Shown: piece after piece, positions 21,201 to 33,691 of the stretch | How the letters are laid out: every line of letters begins with the position of its first letter | How positions within the stretch are numbered: position 1 is the stretch's first letter | From: Paraphysomonas bandaiensis | Taxonomy: Eukaryota > Protista > Chrysophyceae | DNA length: 64,000 bases | Direction: 5' to 3' | Assembly (NCBI GenBank): GCA_965644295.1 | Contig: CBFFRP010000380.1 | Span: forward strand, 248,001-312,000 | The notes under the pieces: generated by a model | Database searches by the model: none | Seen by the model: the letters and a program-made list of their open reading frames with translations, nothing else | Told to the model about the DNA's origin: nothing | Position numbers and translations under genes: made by a program

Positions 21201-24200
21201 ACCGTCACGGCAACCAACGGATTCACCGACTCGTGTACCGACCGTATCGCCAACAGTGGTTCCGACCAATGCACCAACAGATGTTCCCACTCGTTCGCCA
21301 ACGGCTGTACCAACAAATACACCGACACGGCAACCAACGGATTCACCGACTCGTGTACCGACCGTATCGCCAACAGTGGTTCCGACCAATGCACCAACAG
21401 ATGTTCCCACTCGTTCGCCAACGGCTGTACCAACAAATACACCGACACGGCATCCAACGGATTCACCGACTCGTGTACCGACCGTATCGCCGACAGTGGT
21501 TCCGACCAATGCACCAACAGATGTTCCCACTCGTTCGCCAACGGCTGTACCAACAAATACACCGTCACGGCAACCAACGGATTCACCGACTCGTGTCCCG
21601 ACCGTATCGCCGATAGTGGTTCCGACCAATGCACCAACAGATGTTCCCACTCGTTCGCCAACGGCTGTACCAACAAATACACCGTCACGGCAACCAACGG
21701 ATTCACCGACTCGTGTACCGACCGTATCGCCGACAGTGGTTCCGACCAATGCACCAACAGATGTTCCCACTCGTTCGCCAACGGCTGTACCAACAAATAC
21801 ACCGTCACGGCAACCAACGGATTCACCGACTCGTGTACCGACCGTATCGCCGACAGTGGTTCCGACCAATGCACCAACAGATGTTCCCATTCGTTCGCCA
21901 ACGGCTGTACCAACAAATACACCGTCACGGCAACCAACGGATTCACCGACTCGTGTACCGACCGTATCGCCGACAGTGGTTCCGACCAATGCACCAACAG
22001 ATGTTCCCACTCGTTCGCCAACGGCTGTACCAACAAATACACCGACACGGCAACCAACGGATTCACCGACTCGTGTACCGACCGTATCGCCGACAGTGGT
22101 TCCGACCAATGCACCAACAGATGTTCCCACTCGTTCGCCAACGGCTGTACCAACAAATACACCGACACGGCAACCAACGGATTCACCGACTCGTGTACCG
22201 ACCGTATCGCCGACAGTGGTTCCGACCAATGCACCAACAGATGTTCCCACTCGTTCGCCAACGGCTGTACCAACAAATACACCGTCACGGCAACCAACGG
22301 ATTCACCGACTCGTGTACCGACCGTATCGCCGACAGTGGTTCCGACCAATGCACCAACAGATGTTCCCACTCGTTCGCCAACGGCTGTACCAACAAATAC
22401 ACCGTCACGGCAACCAACGGATTCACCGACTCGTGTACCGACCGTATCGCCGACAGTGGTTCCGACCAATGCACCAACAGATGTTCCCATTCGTTCGCCA
22501 ACGGCTGTACCAACAAATACACCGTCACGGCAACCAACGGATTCACCGACTCGTGTACCGACCGTATCGCCGACAGTGGTTCCGACCAATGCACCAACAG
22601 ATGTTCCCACTCGTTCGCCAACGGCTGTACCAACAAATACACCGACACGGCAACCAACGGATTCACCGACTCGTGTACCGACCGTATCGCCGACAGTGGT
22701 TCCGACCAATGCACCAACAGATGTTCCCACTCGTTCGCCAACGGCTGTACCAACAAATACACCGACACGGCAACCAACGGATTCACCGACTCGTGTACCG
22801 ACCGTATCGCCGACAGTGGTTCCGACCAATGCACCAACAGATGTTCCCACTCGTTCGCCAACGGCTGTACCAACAAATACACCGACACGGCAACCAACGG
22901 ATTCACCGACTCGTGTACCGACCGTATCGCCGACAGTGGTTCCGACCAATGCAGCAACACATGTTTCCACAGGACACCCAACACAATTCCCGTCATTTCG
23001 TATTTTGAAACCGTCAATTTCGCTGCCGCTTCTCCCGACTAGTACCCCTTCCGTGTCGACAACATCTGTTCCTACAAGTCCAAGTGGCCATTTAGTTTTA
23101 TCGTACCGACCTACGGACTCTGCTACTGCACGACCAACTAGTGTGTCGAGTGGTATCCCTACTTTTGTTCACCCTGAACAACCAACAAACGTGCCGACTA
23201 TATTGCCAACGTTGCCTCACTCAATATTACCTACTACAGGACCAACGGATGTGCCCAGTGGTATCCCTACTTTCATTCCCAGTGAACACCCAACGAACTT
23301 ACCAACGTTTTCTCACTCAATAATACCTATTACAGGACCAACTGGTGTGCCCAGTGGTATCCATACTTCTATTCCCATGGAACGACAAATCGAAACCCCA
23401 ACATCGGTTCCATGGATGGCATCAACCGCTGTTCAAAGTTTTCATCCTACTTTGAAATCCACTGTAACTATTGCTTCTTTGATGCCGTCTTCGCTGTCCT
23501 CTGTAAGTGATTCGAATTCCTACACAACAGTTCCCACCTACTTAACCACTATTACAGCTCCAGTGTCTTTTTCCCCGACTTCGTCGTTGTCGTATGGGCC
23601 TACAGTATCACTTTCTGAGAAAGCAACTGCTAACCCGACTTACACACCTACGGATTATCGAGATAGAATCGACAATCCCACGCTCTGTCCATTTCTATTA
23701 CCAAGTCATGAGCCGTCTACGTACAACGTTTTGTCTCCACTTCAACATACCGCTTTTCCGACTGCTTTGAATACGGTAGTTCCGACTGTAGTGTCCACAA
23801 GACGTATATACCGTACCCCTCGTATTGTCGTCATGACAATCTGGAGTTCTCAGTACAGCGTTGCTGTCACTATTGGTTTGTCTGACCAGGGAACTGTTTT
23901 CTGCGGTCTGTTCAAGCATGGCACCGTTCAGCCGCCTGTCAATGCTATTGTTGCCCAAAATCGATTTGTGGCTATAGATTCATCATTGCAATTACGAACT
24001 GTGAGCTTGAAGGGACTTCAGCCGCTCACGATGTACGATATTTATTGTCTTGCGAAAGCGAATTTAGCAATCACCACGACAACTGAGATAGATTCATTCA
24101 GGAAAGTAACGTCTACGACTAGTTGCTGCAAGCAGGTCATTGTCACCCTGACTGGCACATATTTTGTGAGTGGGAATGTAGTGAAAAATTTTATTTCAAT

Positions 24201-27200
24201 CCATGCCACTGGCGCTCCATCTAATGATTTAGTGATTTCTCTTTCGATTGGTAATTCCAGTGGTTTATTGTCGAATATGCTATTCCCATCCAGTGTTACA
24301 CTGAATGGTAAGAATTGGGACAATATTCTCAAAGTTGCATTGACGGGTAGAAGTACCCCTGGCTCGTATTATACTTCCGTATCCCTCGGTGGCCCTTCTG
24401 CACAGGAATTTGAAGTTGTTTTTGGAAATAACGGAGTTCAATCTTTTATATTGGAGTCGCCTAATGTAGAACCAACAACCCCAAGATTATCAAGTGCTGC
24501 ATTTTCATCTGATGGTATGTATATCATAGTAGTCTTTGACTCTCCAACTGATCAAGCGAGGAAGTTGAGTTCATTCTCATGTGAAGATGTTCTTATACTG
24601 ACTGGTGCATCAGAGTCAAGTTGTCTGTGGAGTACGAGTTCGACTCTTACGATAACGCTTAAAGGTATAAATAGACCAGTGGTGGGAGATTATGTTTCTG
24701 TGCGTACGAACTCCGTTCGAGCTCAGTGTCGTACTGATTTATCAGTATGCGACCAGTGGACTTCTGTTCCCTCCATTTCAATACCTATCGTAGCTCCTCT
24801 AGTACCAATAATTCCGGTAGTAGCGATATCTGCTCCAAGTACTGTAGGACGGTGTGACGAGGTTCTGATCGACTTGACCTCATCATGGCCTTCTGGTGGT
24901 AGGCGCTGGTCATCTATTGCAGTAAATGTGACCAGCTCTAGTGTGGAATCCGCTGTGGCAGTTGAGCAGTTTTTTGTTACTCAGTATACCATAAGTCCAC
25001 CTACTTCTCTCCCACGCGGTGTGCTCGTAGCTGGTTACGTATACACCTTTGAAATCAAGTTATGCAATTTTCTTGGCGCATGTGGTATAGGGTTCCATCA
25101 AATTAGTGCTGTTGATTCTGCCTTACCAGTTGTTTCAATAGCTGGCCAACAGTCAAGGACAGTTAGCATGGCCTCCCCTTTACTTTTGCAAGCACAAGGG
25201 TACACTTCTTTTTGTGATGGCACTCGATCGTTTGCCAACTTGATTTATACATGGACGGCAAGCAGAGATGGTATAATAGACCACACTCTGACGTCGATAT
25301 CATCTGACAAAACTAAATTTAAACTTCCTGCGTTCGCCCTTCGACCAAATTCAGTGTATGACGTCGTGGTAACTGTAGTGAGCCCGCTGTCGGGTCTTTC
25401 CTCTAGTGCTGCGGTTCAACTGTCTGTTCCTTCTAGTAAGATTGTAGCGGCAATATCTGGAGCTACTGAGCGGACTATTCGACAGGGAGACATCTTAATT
25501 GTGGATACGGCGGGAAGCTATGACGAGGAATCACGAACATCGGCGGGGCTGTCGTTTTCGTGGTCGTGTTATCAGCAGGAGCCAACTCTCTCCTCAACTT
25601 GTGATTTGCAACTTCAGCCTGTATTATCGCATGTAGTGATTACATCTCCTTATTCCACACCCACGGGTAATGTGTATGCTATCACTGTTACGGTACATGA
25701 TTCCACTCGAGAGTCCCACGAAACGGTAATGGTAACAGTGACCGAACGGTCTGCGCCTCAACTGTCAATAACTTCAAGAAATGGAGCGATAAAAATTAAT
25801 CCCTCTGATGATTTAATACTTTATGGATCTGTATTACTACAGGATATGGCCACTGTAACATGGACTGTGGATGATCCATTGCTTGATTTAAAGTCTGTAT
25901 CTCGAACAGCGGCAACGGCGCCATTACGTCATGGGAGTCACCAGTTTAATCTTGTTATCCCAGCATTAGTACTGTCTCCGAAATCGACACCATATGTGTT
26001 TTCATTGATGTCGTCTGGAGCCAGGTCGTCTTTTGCAATCGCGGTTAATGTTCCTCCTTCCCCAGGAGTTTTTGAAGTTGTTCCTTCTAACGGCACTGCG
26101 ATGGTAACGAAATTTAAGTTTGCAGCCTCTGAATGGAGTGACGACGACATCCCATTATCTTATGAATTTGCCTATATAGAGACACACATTAGTAAAGTTG
26201 TTCACGGGCGATCAGAGTATTCCTTTGCAACGTCATTGCTTCCTCCAGGTAAATCCAATGATGACTTATTGCTGTGTCAAGTGCGAGTGTTTGATGTGCT
26301 CAATGCATATAGCTCTGAATCAGTGTCGTTAATAGTTAACGACCCCCAGATGACATCGTCGGCTCTATTGCGCACGATGGGGCATCTGATAAGCTCCAGT
26401 GATGGTAATATTGATGCTCAGAAGGAGACTTTATCTGTTGTGAGTTCCGTGCTGAACCGTAGGAATTGCTCCAGTGCTCCTCGGTGCTCAAATTTTAATC
26501 GAAATGGCTGCAGTGCTGTTGCAAATACTTGCGGGAATTGCTTACTGGGATATTTCGGTACTGATGGTGACGATAATTCAATGTGCCACCACCTGAGCAG
26601 TCTTGCTGTTTTTGTACCATCAAGGTTACCTTCTTTGTGTATGTCCGACTTCGACTGTGCCCCATGGGAATTTTGCTACGAAAATTCGATGAATGGGTTT
26701 CCGGTGTGCAATATAAAGCTGAAGGAATGTAAGGGTGGGTGTTCTGGTCACGGCATCTGCTTTTTTAGAGATCGCAATACCAGGTTAGAAATAAATGCAT
26801 GCTTTATGAGCGACTATACTTGTGAGGCTGTTTGCATATGCGAAAGCGGGTTTACAGGGAGTAATTGTGGCATGCACTACGAAGATTTTCTTGTTAAGCG
26901 GAATATTCGCAGTCAACTTGCATTCCTTTTGTACAATATTTCAAGGGTTGATGATGATTCAGCGGATAATATTGCATCGTGGGAATCATTATTGTCTTCA
27001 ATCACCCAAAACGTCCAAGAAATTTCTGTAGACATGGCTCGTGTAACGCTGAGTGTGGTGTCCTCTATTTTGAATGCGTCATATAGCTACACTTCTTCAT
27101 TGATGACTCTTTCCGGAGCCGTCAACTCCCTTGATGCTGTTGCAGAGGCAGCGGTGTTATTTCGTTCTCAGGGTCATAAAAGTTGGAGTTCCACTCGTGA

Positions 27201-30200
27201 TATTGTTGACTTGCTTGGTACATACGGTAGTACTATCACGGGATTGATGGAAGCAAGTGAGAGTTCTGTGGAAACAGTGGCCAATATGTTTCGGATTACC
27301 ACGACTTTTTATATTCCTGGGAGTGAGACACCCATCGTGATCCCGCAAACGAACATTGAACATTTCATGAATGTTTCTCCGATTTCTGTGATCTTGTCTT
27401 CTGAAAATGTAACAAATTATCAACGCGTTGTGTTGATTAATCTAAAATCAACGCTCTATAAAGACTTCAACAATTTTTCATCTGATGTTATGCGAATAAA
27501 GTTGATAGGTGATGACTCGCCCTCAATGACCATTGCATTAAGAAACTTTAATACCGAGATACCACTTGCGCAGAGAAGCTTCGTACTGAATACCACATGC
27601 GCTGAGAGTGATTTTTCTGTTCATAATTTGAATTGTCCAAGTGTCAATGGTGATATTAGAGTCACACATATATGTAACGGCTCTTTTGCTACAATTGAAA
27701 CCCACTGCCCTATTGTGGAGTGGCAGCGATCTTGCAAAGTACTAGACGGGGGAGCTGACTATAGTTGCTTTATGAAGTCATTTTCTCAAGTAAGCACTAC
27801 TTGTGTGTGCGATCCTGTTACAGCAATCAGAAGCGGTGAGGGACGACACCTCGCTGGCTCTTTTCACGACACCGGTATATTAGAGGTATGTGGATTTGGT
27901 ACTTAAATCGTGGAATGACCAAGTGGCGTGAAGGTTGTTGCAATTTCGACATTGATTGTAAACAGTTTCTTCACTACGGTGACTACTGCAGATGATCTAA
28001 ATTCGGTTTCTGACTTGGAAGATACCATTGTGGTGATTCTACTATATGGCATCTTGTAAGTGCATTTCCTTCTAGTTGTCTTCTGATTCTAGAATTACAG
28101 ATGGAGCGGGGGGCTCAGTGGCATCTTGTTGTGCTCTTTGCGGCAGTATTATGACTCTGATAGAGTGGTTGGCAAGGAGTCTGGCAAAAAGAAGGAAATT
28201 GCTAGATATACAATGGATAAAAGTGATGTCAAGGCCTACTTGACATCTTATGTAAACGAGGTTTTCCCGTCTGTTTACCGTACGAAACCGGCATTATTGC
28301 GGCTATGGGATGAAATATGCAAGCACCACCGGTAGATCGATAATACCATTTATGGCTGTTGTGTATTTCATACTTTTGTGACAGATACTTAGTGTTGTTC
28401 ACTGCTAATGGCTCCAATGGCGGTAGTGTGCGTATGCTCACAGGGGTACATCTGTTGACTGTACAGAGTATGCTGATGTTTATTCTGGGTAAGAACTTCA
28501 CTCAATATTTTCCATGTATTGAACTGTGCTTTGGTTGTAGCCGTATGTTATGATTTACAGTACCCGAATGATGAAGGTGAGTGCAGTGGATATACCACGG
28601 AGAGGGAATGTGTACGACGGAAATCTCCGTTTGATGTGGATACTTCTGTATGTCGCTGGGTTGAGGATGCTGATGCTGATGACTCATATTTGTGTGAATA
28701 TCCTCCGGAGGCATTCAACATCAGAGTAGGAATGTTATCAATCGATATCTGTTTTTATATCTCTTCAACAGAGCTTTGTCATTATATCTATCGTCGTGGC
28801 GATATTCACTGCTCCTATTAACCTGCTGTGAGTACTTAATAATTATAATGTCGTCGTTGTGTGACTGTTACTTGTTTTAGCGTTGATTTTTTATTTATCG
28901 AAGTTCTATCGGCACCAACAGCGAATGCTTTGAATGTGCGATCCGCAGATGAAACTGTGTTGAGAAACGCAATTCGCATAGGTCGCCGCATATCTGCCGT
29001 TACAATAGTGTCTGTGTCGGCTGCGCAACAACGGCTGATGAGGTTGCACCAACGTGCCTCCATACGAGGTGTATTTTCCCTCCAGACTATTCGTACAGTA
29101 CCCGAGGCTGCCTCCAATGCGCACTTGTTAGCTACTCGGTCTGCAGAGACTCTACTTGTGGATATACAAGATCGTATGGGCCATCTTGAAGCTCGACGAA
29201 AAACCATGCGCAAGGAATCTGAGTCTCTTCATTTAAAGCATAAGTTGGAAAAGCATAGAAAGTTTCTCAGAGAACGGACTTCTCGTGTACAGACAAAGAA
29301 AGAGTTACAATCTATTGAAATGGCAAATTATACAGATTCTACACTGCAAGACTTGTTTATCGAATTGACTGTCGACATATCGGAACAACGCCGGGTATTG
29401 AAGCGAATTCAGCAGGAAGGTTTTGATGCTATGTGGGGTGTGGACCCAACTGGAGAGTTCTCTCGACAGCGGGAGCTTACGTTTCTGTGTATCCCTCGCA
29501 CCTGCAGTGTGGAGCGAGCTATAAAGTCTGAATTGAAGTATGTTCGCGATGAAACTCAAGCGAAATTTGAGAAGCTGAGATTTGCTTCTGATGCTCAAAT
29601 TGGAATTGAGATATTGCATCAATTTTTGATGGATATACTGGGGCGTGACACTCCCGTTGCGAAAGTGAGTACTGTAACGTAGTTATGTTGTTTCTGACAC
29701 CCCATGATTAGATATTTTTGACCAAATCTGAAGAAGATTTTCGACATTCATACGTCGTCACGAAATTTGTTAAGGCGATAGCATGGAATTGTGTCGTTGT
29801 ACTAAATCTTTTTTTGTGAGTACCCCCCTATGCTTAAGTTTTATTCTTTATTGTTGCTACACCAGTGTTTGGTTTTCTATGCTACGTGGCCTTCAACGTG
29901 GATATCATTGGCAGGTAGGCCCAGTGTGAATATCGCAAAGAACTTGGGTTATTGATGTACTTTCACACAGAAACTCTACATGATTGCATGTGTGATGCAA
30001 CTCGTCATCGAAATATTGTTCTATGAGGTAAAGGCACTCTATTTTATAGATAAGGTATAATATTGTGTTTGTTTAGACGTCAGAGTGTGCTATTATTCAT
30101 TTTTTTATCCCTGACTTGGCGCGTAATGAGGTGCACACTGCTAGTTTTGCACTGCATCAAGCGGTAAATAAAATATGCTCGTCATCCCTAGATGCTGCTG

Positions 30201-31333
30201 CAAATGTCATACTTGATGCACCGCACTACCTCTTTGTGTCTACAAACCTGGCCAAGAGGTTTCCAAATCTACTCGAGAGTGCTATTGTAATGAGTTATCA
30301 CACCTACTCTCCTGGAGAGTTTTCCAAGAAATGGAGAGTGAGTCACTCAACTACGATTGACGCCAATGTCAGTCCATGGTCTCGGTCGAATAGAAGAGTA
30401 TCGAGGTTTGCTGTTTCCTCAGCACTGTTTGGATTCATGCAGCATATGGGAGCTATGTCTCCAACTGTTCAGCGTGTAACAATTCATAGCTTACAACCCC
30501 TCGTTGTCAGCAGCCTTTTTTTGCTGTGGGTGTCTCTCTGGACTTATCCATTGTGGAGTATTCCGGTGGCGTTTGTGATCATATACAAATTATATGAATG
30601 TGTCCGCGGTCATAAAATCGGGAGATATATTTCTCCAAATAACAACAGTGGTGACATTTACCCTTTGGTTGCTGATATTGAGATTGACACCAAGCCAGCA
30701 ATAGCTCAGCAGAGCATCCATAGTCGTGAAGTATCTGTTCCCGCCGCTTTACCCGTAGTGCGTTTAGAAATCAATGAATCTGATGTCAACACAACGAATG
30801 AGGAGTTAGTGCCTTTGAAGTCGGACTTAACAGATATTACGCACGATTTATCGAATGCTCAGCATAATTTCAGCAGAAAGAGCAATAGTTTTAATACGCA
30901 TGGGAAATCATTTAGTCGGGACAGCGAAGATTCGGATCCTTGTATGTGTATGCTTAATCAACGAAATGAACTCTGTAGTTATGACTTTGATGACGAGTCG
31001 TCTTTTACTACTGACCTCGGTGATTGTGATAACATTTCATATTCAGATTGTGATAGTGTTTGCCATGATTATAATTCATATACAGGTTATGATAGTGAAC
31101 GTGATGTCTCTCGTAAGCCATCCAGCGTAGGGGTTTCAGAAGCGTTGCGTGAAGTGTTTGACGAAGAGCTTCCACGTTTTGGTGTGGTTCAAAAAATATT
31201 TCGTTTTGTATCTGGCGAGTCTTTTACAGTGGACAACTCTGAGGAGAGTGAACAGGTGTATTCTGATAGCGATATCATTTATCATAATGGTTACGACGAT
31301 AGCGATACTTTGAACGAACAAATGCGATTTTGA
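18239..31333 (+). CDS. Giant multi-exon surface protein B, paralog of A: signal peptide, NHL repeats, Pro/Thr stalk, REJ, EGF, GPS-like motif, multiple TM helices
   Basis: ATG 18239 encodes a signal peptide (MSLDDYIRALIFFAVVCFPILG). A 44-nt intron at 18378-18421 joins it in frame to the 3141-aa ORF. Further GT-AG introns from ~27886 link the exons through to the stop at 31333. Confidence 0.85.
19531..22952 (+). repeat. Coding 120-bp tandem array, ~28.5 copies (QPTDSPTRVPTVSPTVVPTNAPTDVPTRSPTAVPTNTPTR)
   Basis: Exact 120-bp period from 19531 to the partial unit at 22891, with only a few recurrent substitutions. Confidence 0.98.
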
Positions 31334-33049
31334 AAGAATGTGTGAGAATAATGTGTTGCAACATTATTTTTGATATATTTCGTGTGTACGATAATATAAA
31401 AATCTACTTGATAGTCTGTTGACGCATTCAAAGTACAATGTCGAATGACCTAGCAATGTAATAAGGTGATATAAAGCGAAATAGATTAAATCTTACGAAA
31501 AAAGAAGCTTAAGAACGGCATACTCTTTTTTATATATGAGTCCAGTTTACATAAATAATTTTATACAATATGAATGATTATCGGTAATATAATATGCGGT
31601 GCTTCATTGTATATTACGTAATCTGAAATTTTAAATGTCTTGAATTGACGGCGATGTGTTTGTATACTGACCGTGAACAAGATTTAAATACCGGAACTAT
31701 CAATGTCACAGCGAATTATGGTTGCAAATAGAGAAAAGCTAAGGAAGTCCCCTAGAATGCTATATATCCGGCTTCATGATATTGTACTAGGCTTTGTCAA
31801 CTGTGTATGCGAATATGATGCCGCATCATACGTTTGTATGTTGAATACACAATATTGAAGTTTAAAAGGCCGATTGGTGTTTATATGTGCCTTTGGCACT
31901 GTTCTTCAAACAGTGTCGGGTACATATATGATATAAACGGAAATAGAAGTATTAATATATAGATAGCTTGAATTATTAATATATTGCAGCTGTGATGAAC
32001 TTTTAATTATACTCTACAATATGACAATATAAGGCAACATTTACGGCTCACATTTCAATCTTACGTTTAAGCCTATTTTACTATATAAATACCTTTAGAT
32101 TGTTGAAGAAAGATTATGTCGTTAGACTGGATAGATTATTATTATTTCATAGGCAATAGCGTGTTGTCATAAAATAACGTGTTGCAACGTTTTTATACTT
32201 CTTTCATGTCTACCATTGAATAACTTCCGTATCTTGAATCGTCATAATATGTGATGTCATGATACTTCAGTTTCACAGTTATAGGTATATAGTATTTTTG
32301 ACTACGTACTGCGGTTTTCAAATTGTATTTAACGTATTCTACAGTTCTATCTTAGAGAAATATACGTATTTCAACAATTTATTTGCTCTGTAGTTTTTCA
32401 TTCGAGCGAACAAGGTGTACGGTTTCCTAACGAACTTTTATGTTGCGCTAGAGAAGAGTGCATATGCGACATTGAATTTGACTTTTTGAAAATTTTGGTT
32501 GATGCGTGATTTAGTCGATTTGACCACCAAGCCTGGAAAAGCAATTTCAGCAGGTTTTAGACACTAAACAAATAAAAGATTTAATATTGGTGCTTGTATA
32601 ATTTAAAACGATTTAAAAACTGCTGAATTACGAATTACATTTTATTGATTTGGAAACAAATAATGATTGCACCTATAACAATTGATAATTCAACTAATTG
32701 TTACACAAGCCTGGTGATAAGTGCCAAAAACTACTAGGTGTATTAGAATATGGATCTTATTCTAGTATATTCAGTATGTCACTTGAAGACAATGTACGAG
32801 AATACAGTGAAATATAGTGATGTACAAATGCTGTGATGATATTGAGAAACTGAAATAGTTTGATCTTTCAAGATATGTTCAGTAACGAGAGGTTCGCATA
32901 TGTAGGATATTATGCAGCGATTATAATGAGTTAGTGTTGGTTATCACAACTTCGTGTAAACGATATTAATAAATCTATCTAGTCTTACGACAAATTCTCT
33001 CTGTGATCTAGCTTAAAATGAGCAATTCTCAATAAGGTGGTATGTAGAT

Positions 33050-33215
33050 GTTTGTGTTGAGTTTTGCTGTTTGAGCAATTAAAAGCTGTAATTCTAAGGT
33101 GTTGGAATTATGACCGTTAGTCGAAGAATACAGTAGTGATGAGCTGTATTATGAGAAGTGATATCATGACGATGTAAGATCGTACTAGAAATGAATGGTA
33201 GTAGAGATAACGTGA
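33050..33215 (+). repeat. Dispersed non-coding repeat family B
   Basis: TTTTGCT.TTTGAG..CAATTAAAAGC.GTA.TTCTAAGGT...AATTA.GACCGTT...AGAATACAG recurs at ~53135-53360 and, inverted, at ~55580-55665. Confidence 0.75.
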
Positions 33216-33691
33216 TATATTGCTTATTATATTTATTATAATCTTCTCTTATCTTAACTTGATTAACGAGTGAATACTCGTCTCATATCTTGACAGTTTG
33301 CTGTTTTTTGCATTCCCTTATTGACTCACGCATATCATTTCTGGTGAAGTTGAGTCAGATATTTTTATGTTGTTACACGAACGAAGCTAATGTGGGTGTA
33401 GTAGTCGGAGGTACTACACAATTCACCTCATAGCTCAGATTAAAGAGTTGAATTTAAAAGTCATAATTAATTATTTATTCTGCAATAAAATAAATAACTT
33501 TATCCCTTTGACAGAGGGTACGTACGAACTACAGTATTTCTACATTTTAAAGGCATATAACATTCGAGCACATGTTACCACACTAACTTGATGGAATCTA
33601 GTACAAAATGGTGCAATAATTCAATTCTAGTAATCCATAACTCAGTTCACTGACGATAGAATAGTCAGCATCCAAAGTATAACCGCGCATA

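Noticed and set aside
19531-22952. CRISPR-like array
   Set aside because: No unique spacers; contiguous in-frame coding repeats in a eukaryotic gene; no cas genes.
19404-23042. Long alternative-frame and antisense ORFs (1188, 1170, 1171, 687 and 459 aa) over the 120-bp array
   Set aside because: A stop-free unit whose length is a multiple of 3 opens these frames automatically. They end at the array edges, and one is broken by a single variant at 21614.
28500-28545. Apparent frameshift in gene B relative to gene A (extra T at ~28531)
   Set aside because: Falls inside a GT-AG intron, so it does not affect the protein.
31334-33050. AT-rich 1.7-kb stretch as a second viral insert
   Set aside because: No ORFs or viral motifs; looks like intergenic DNA with repeat debris.
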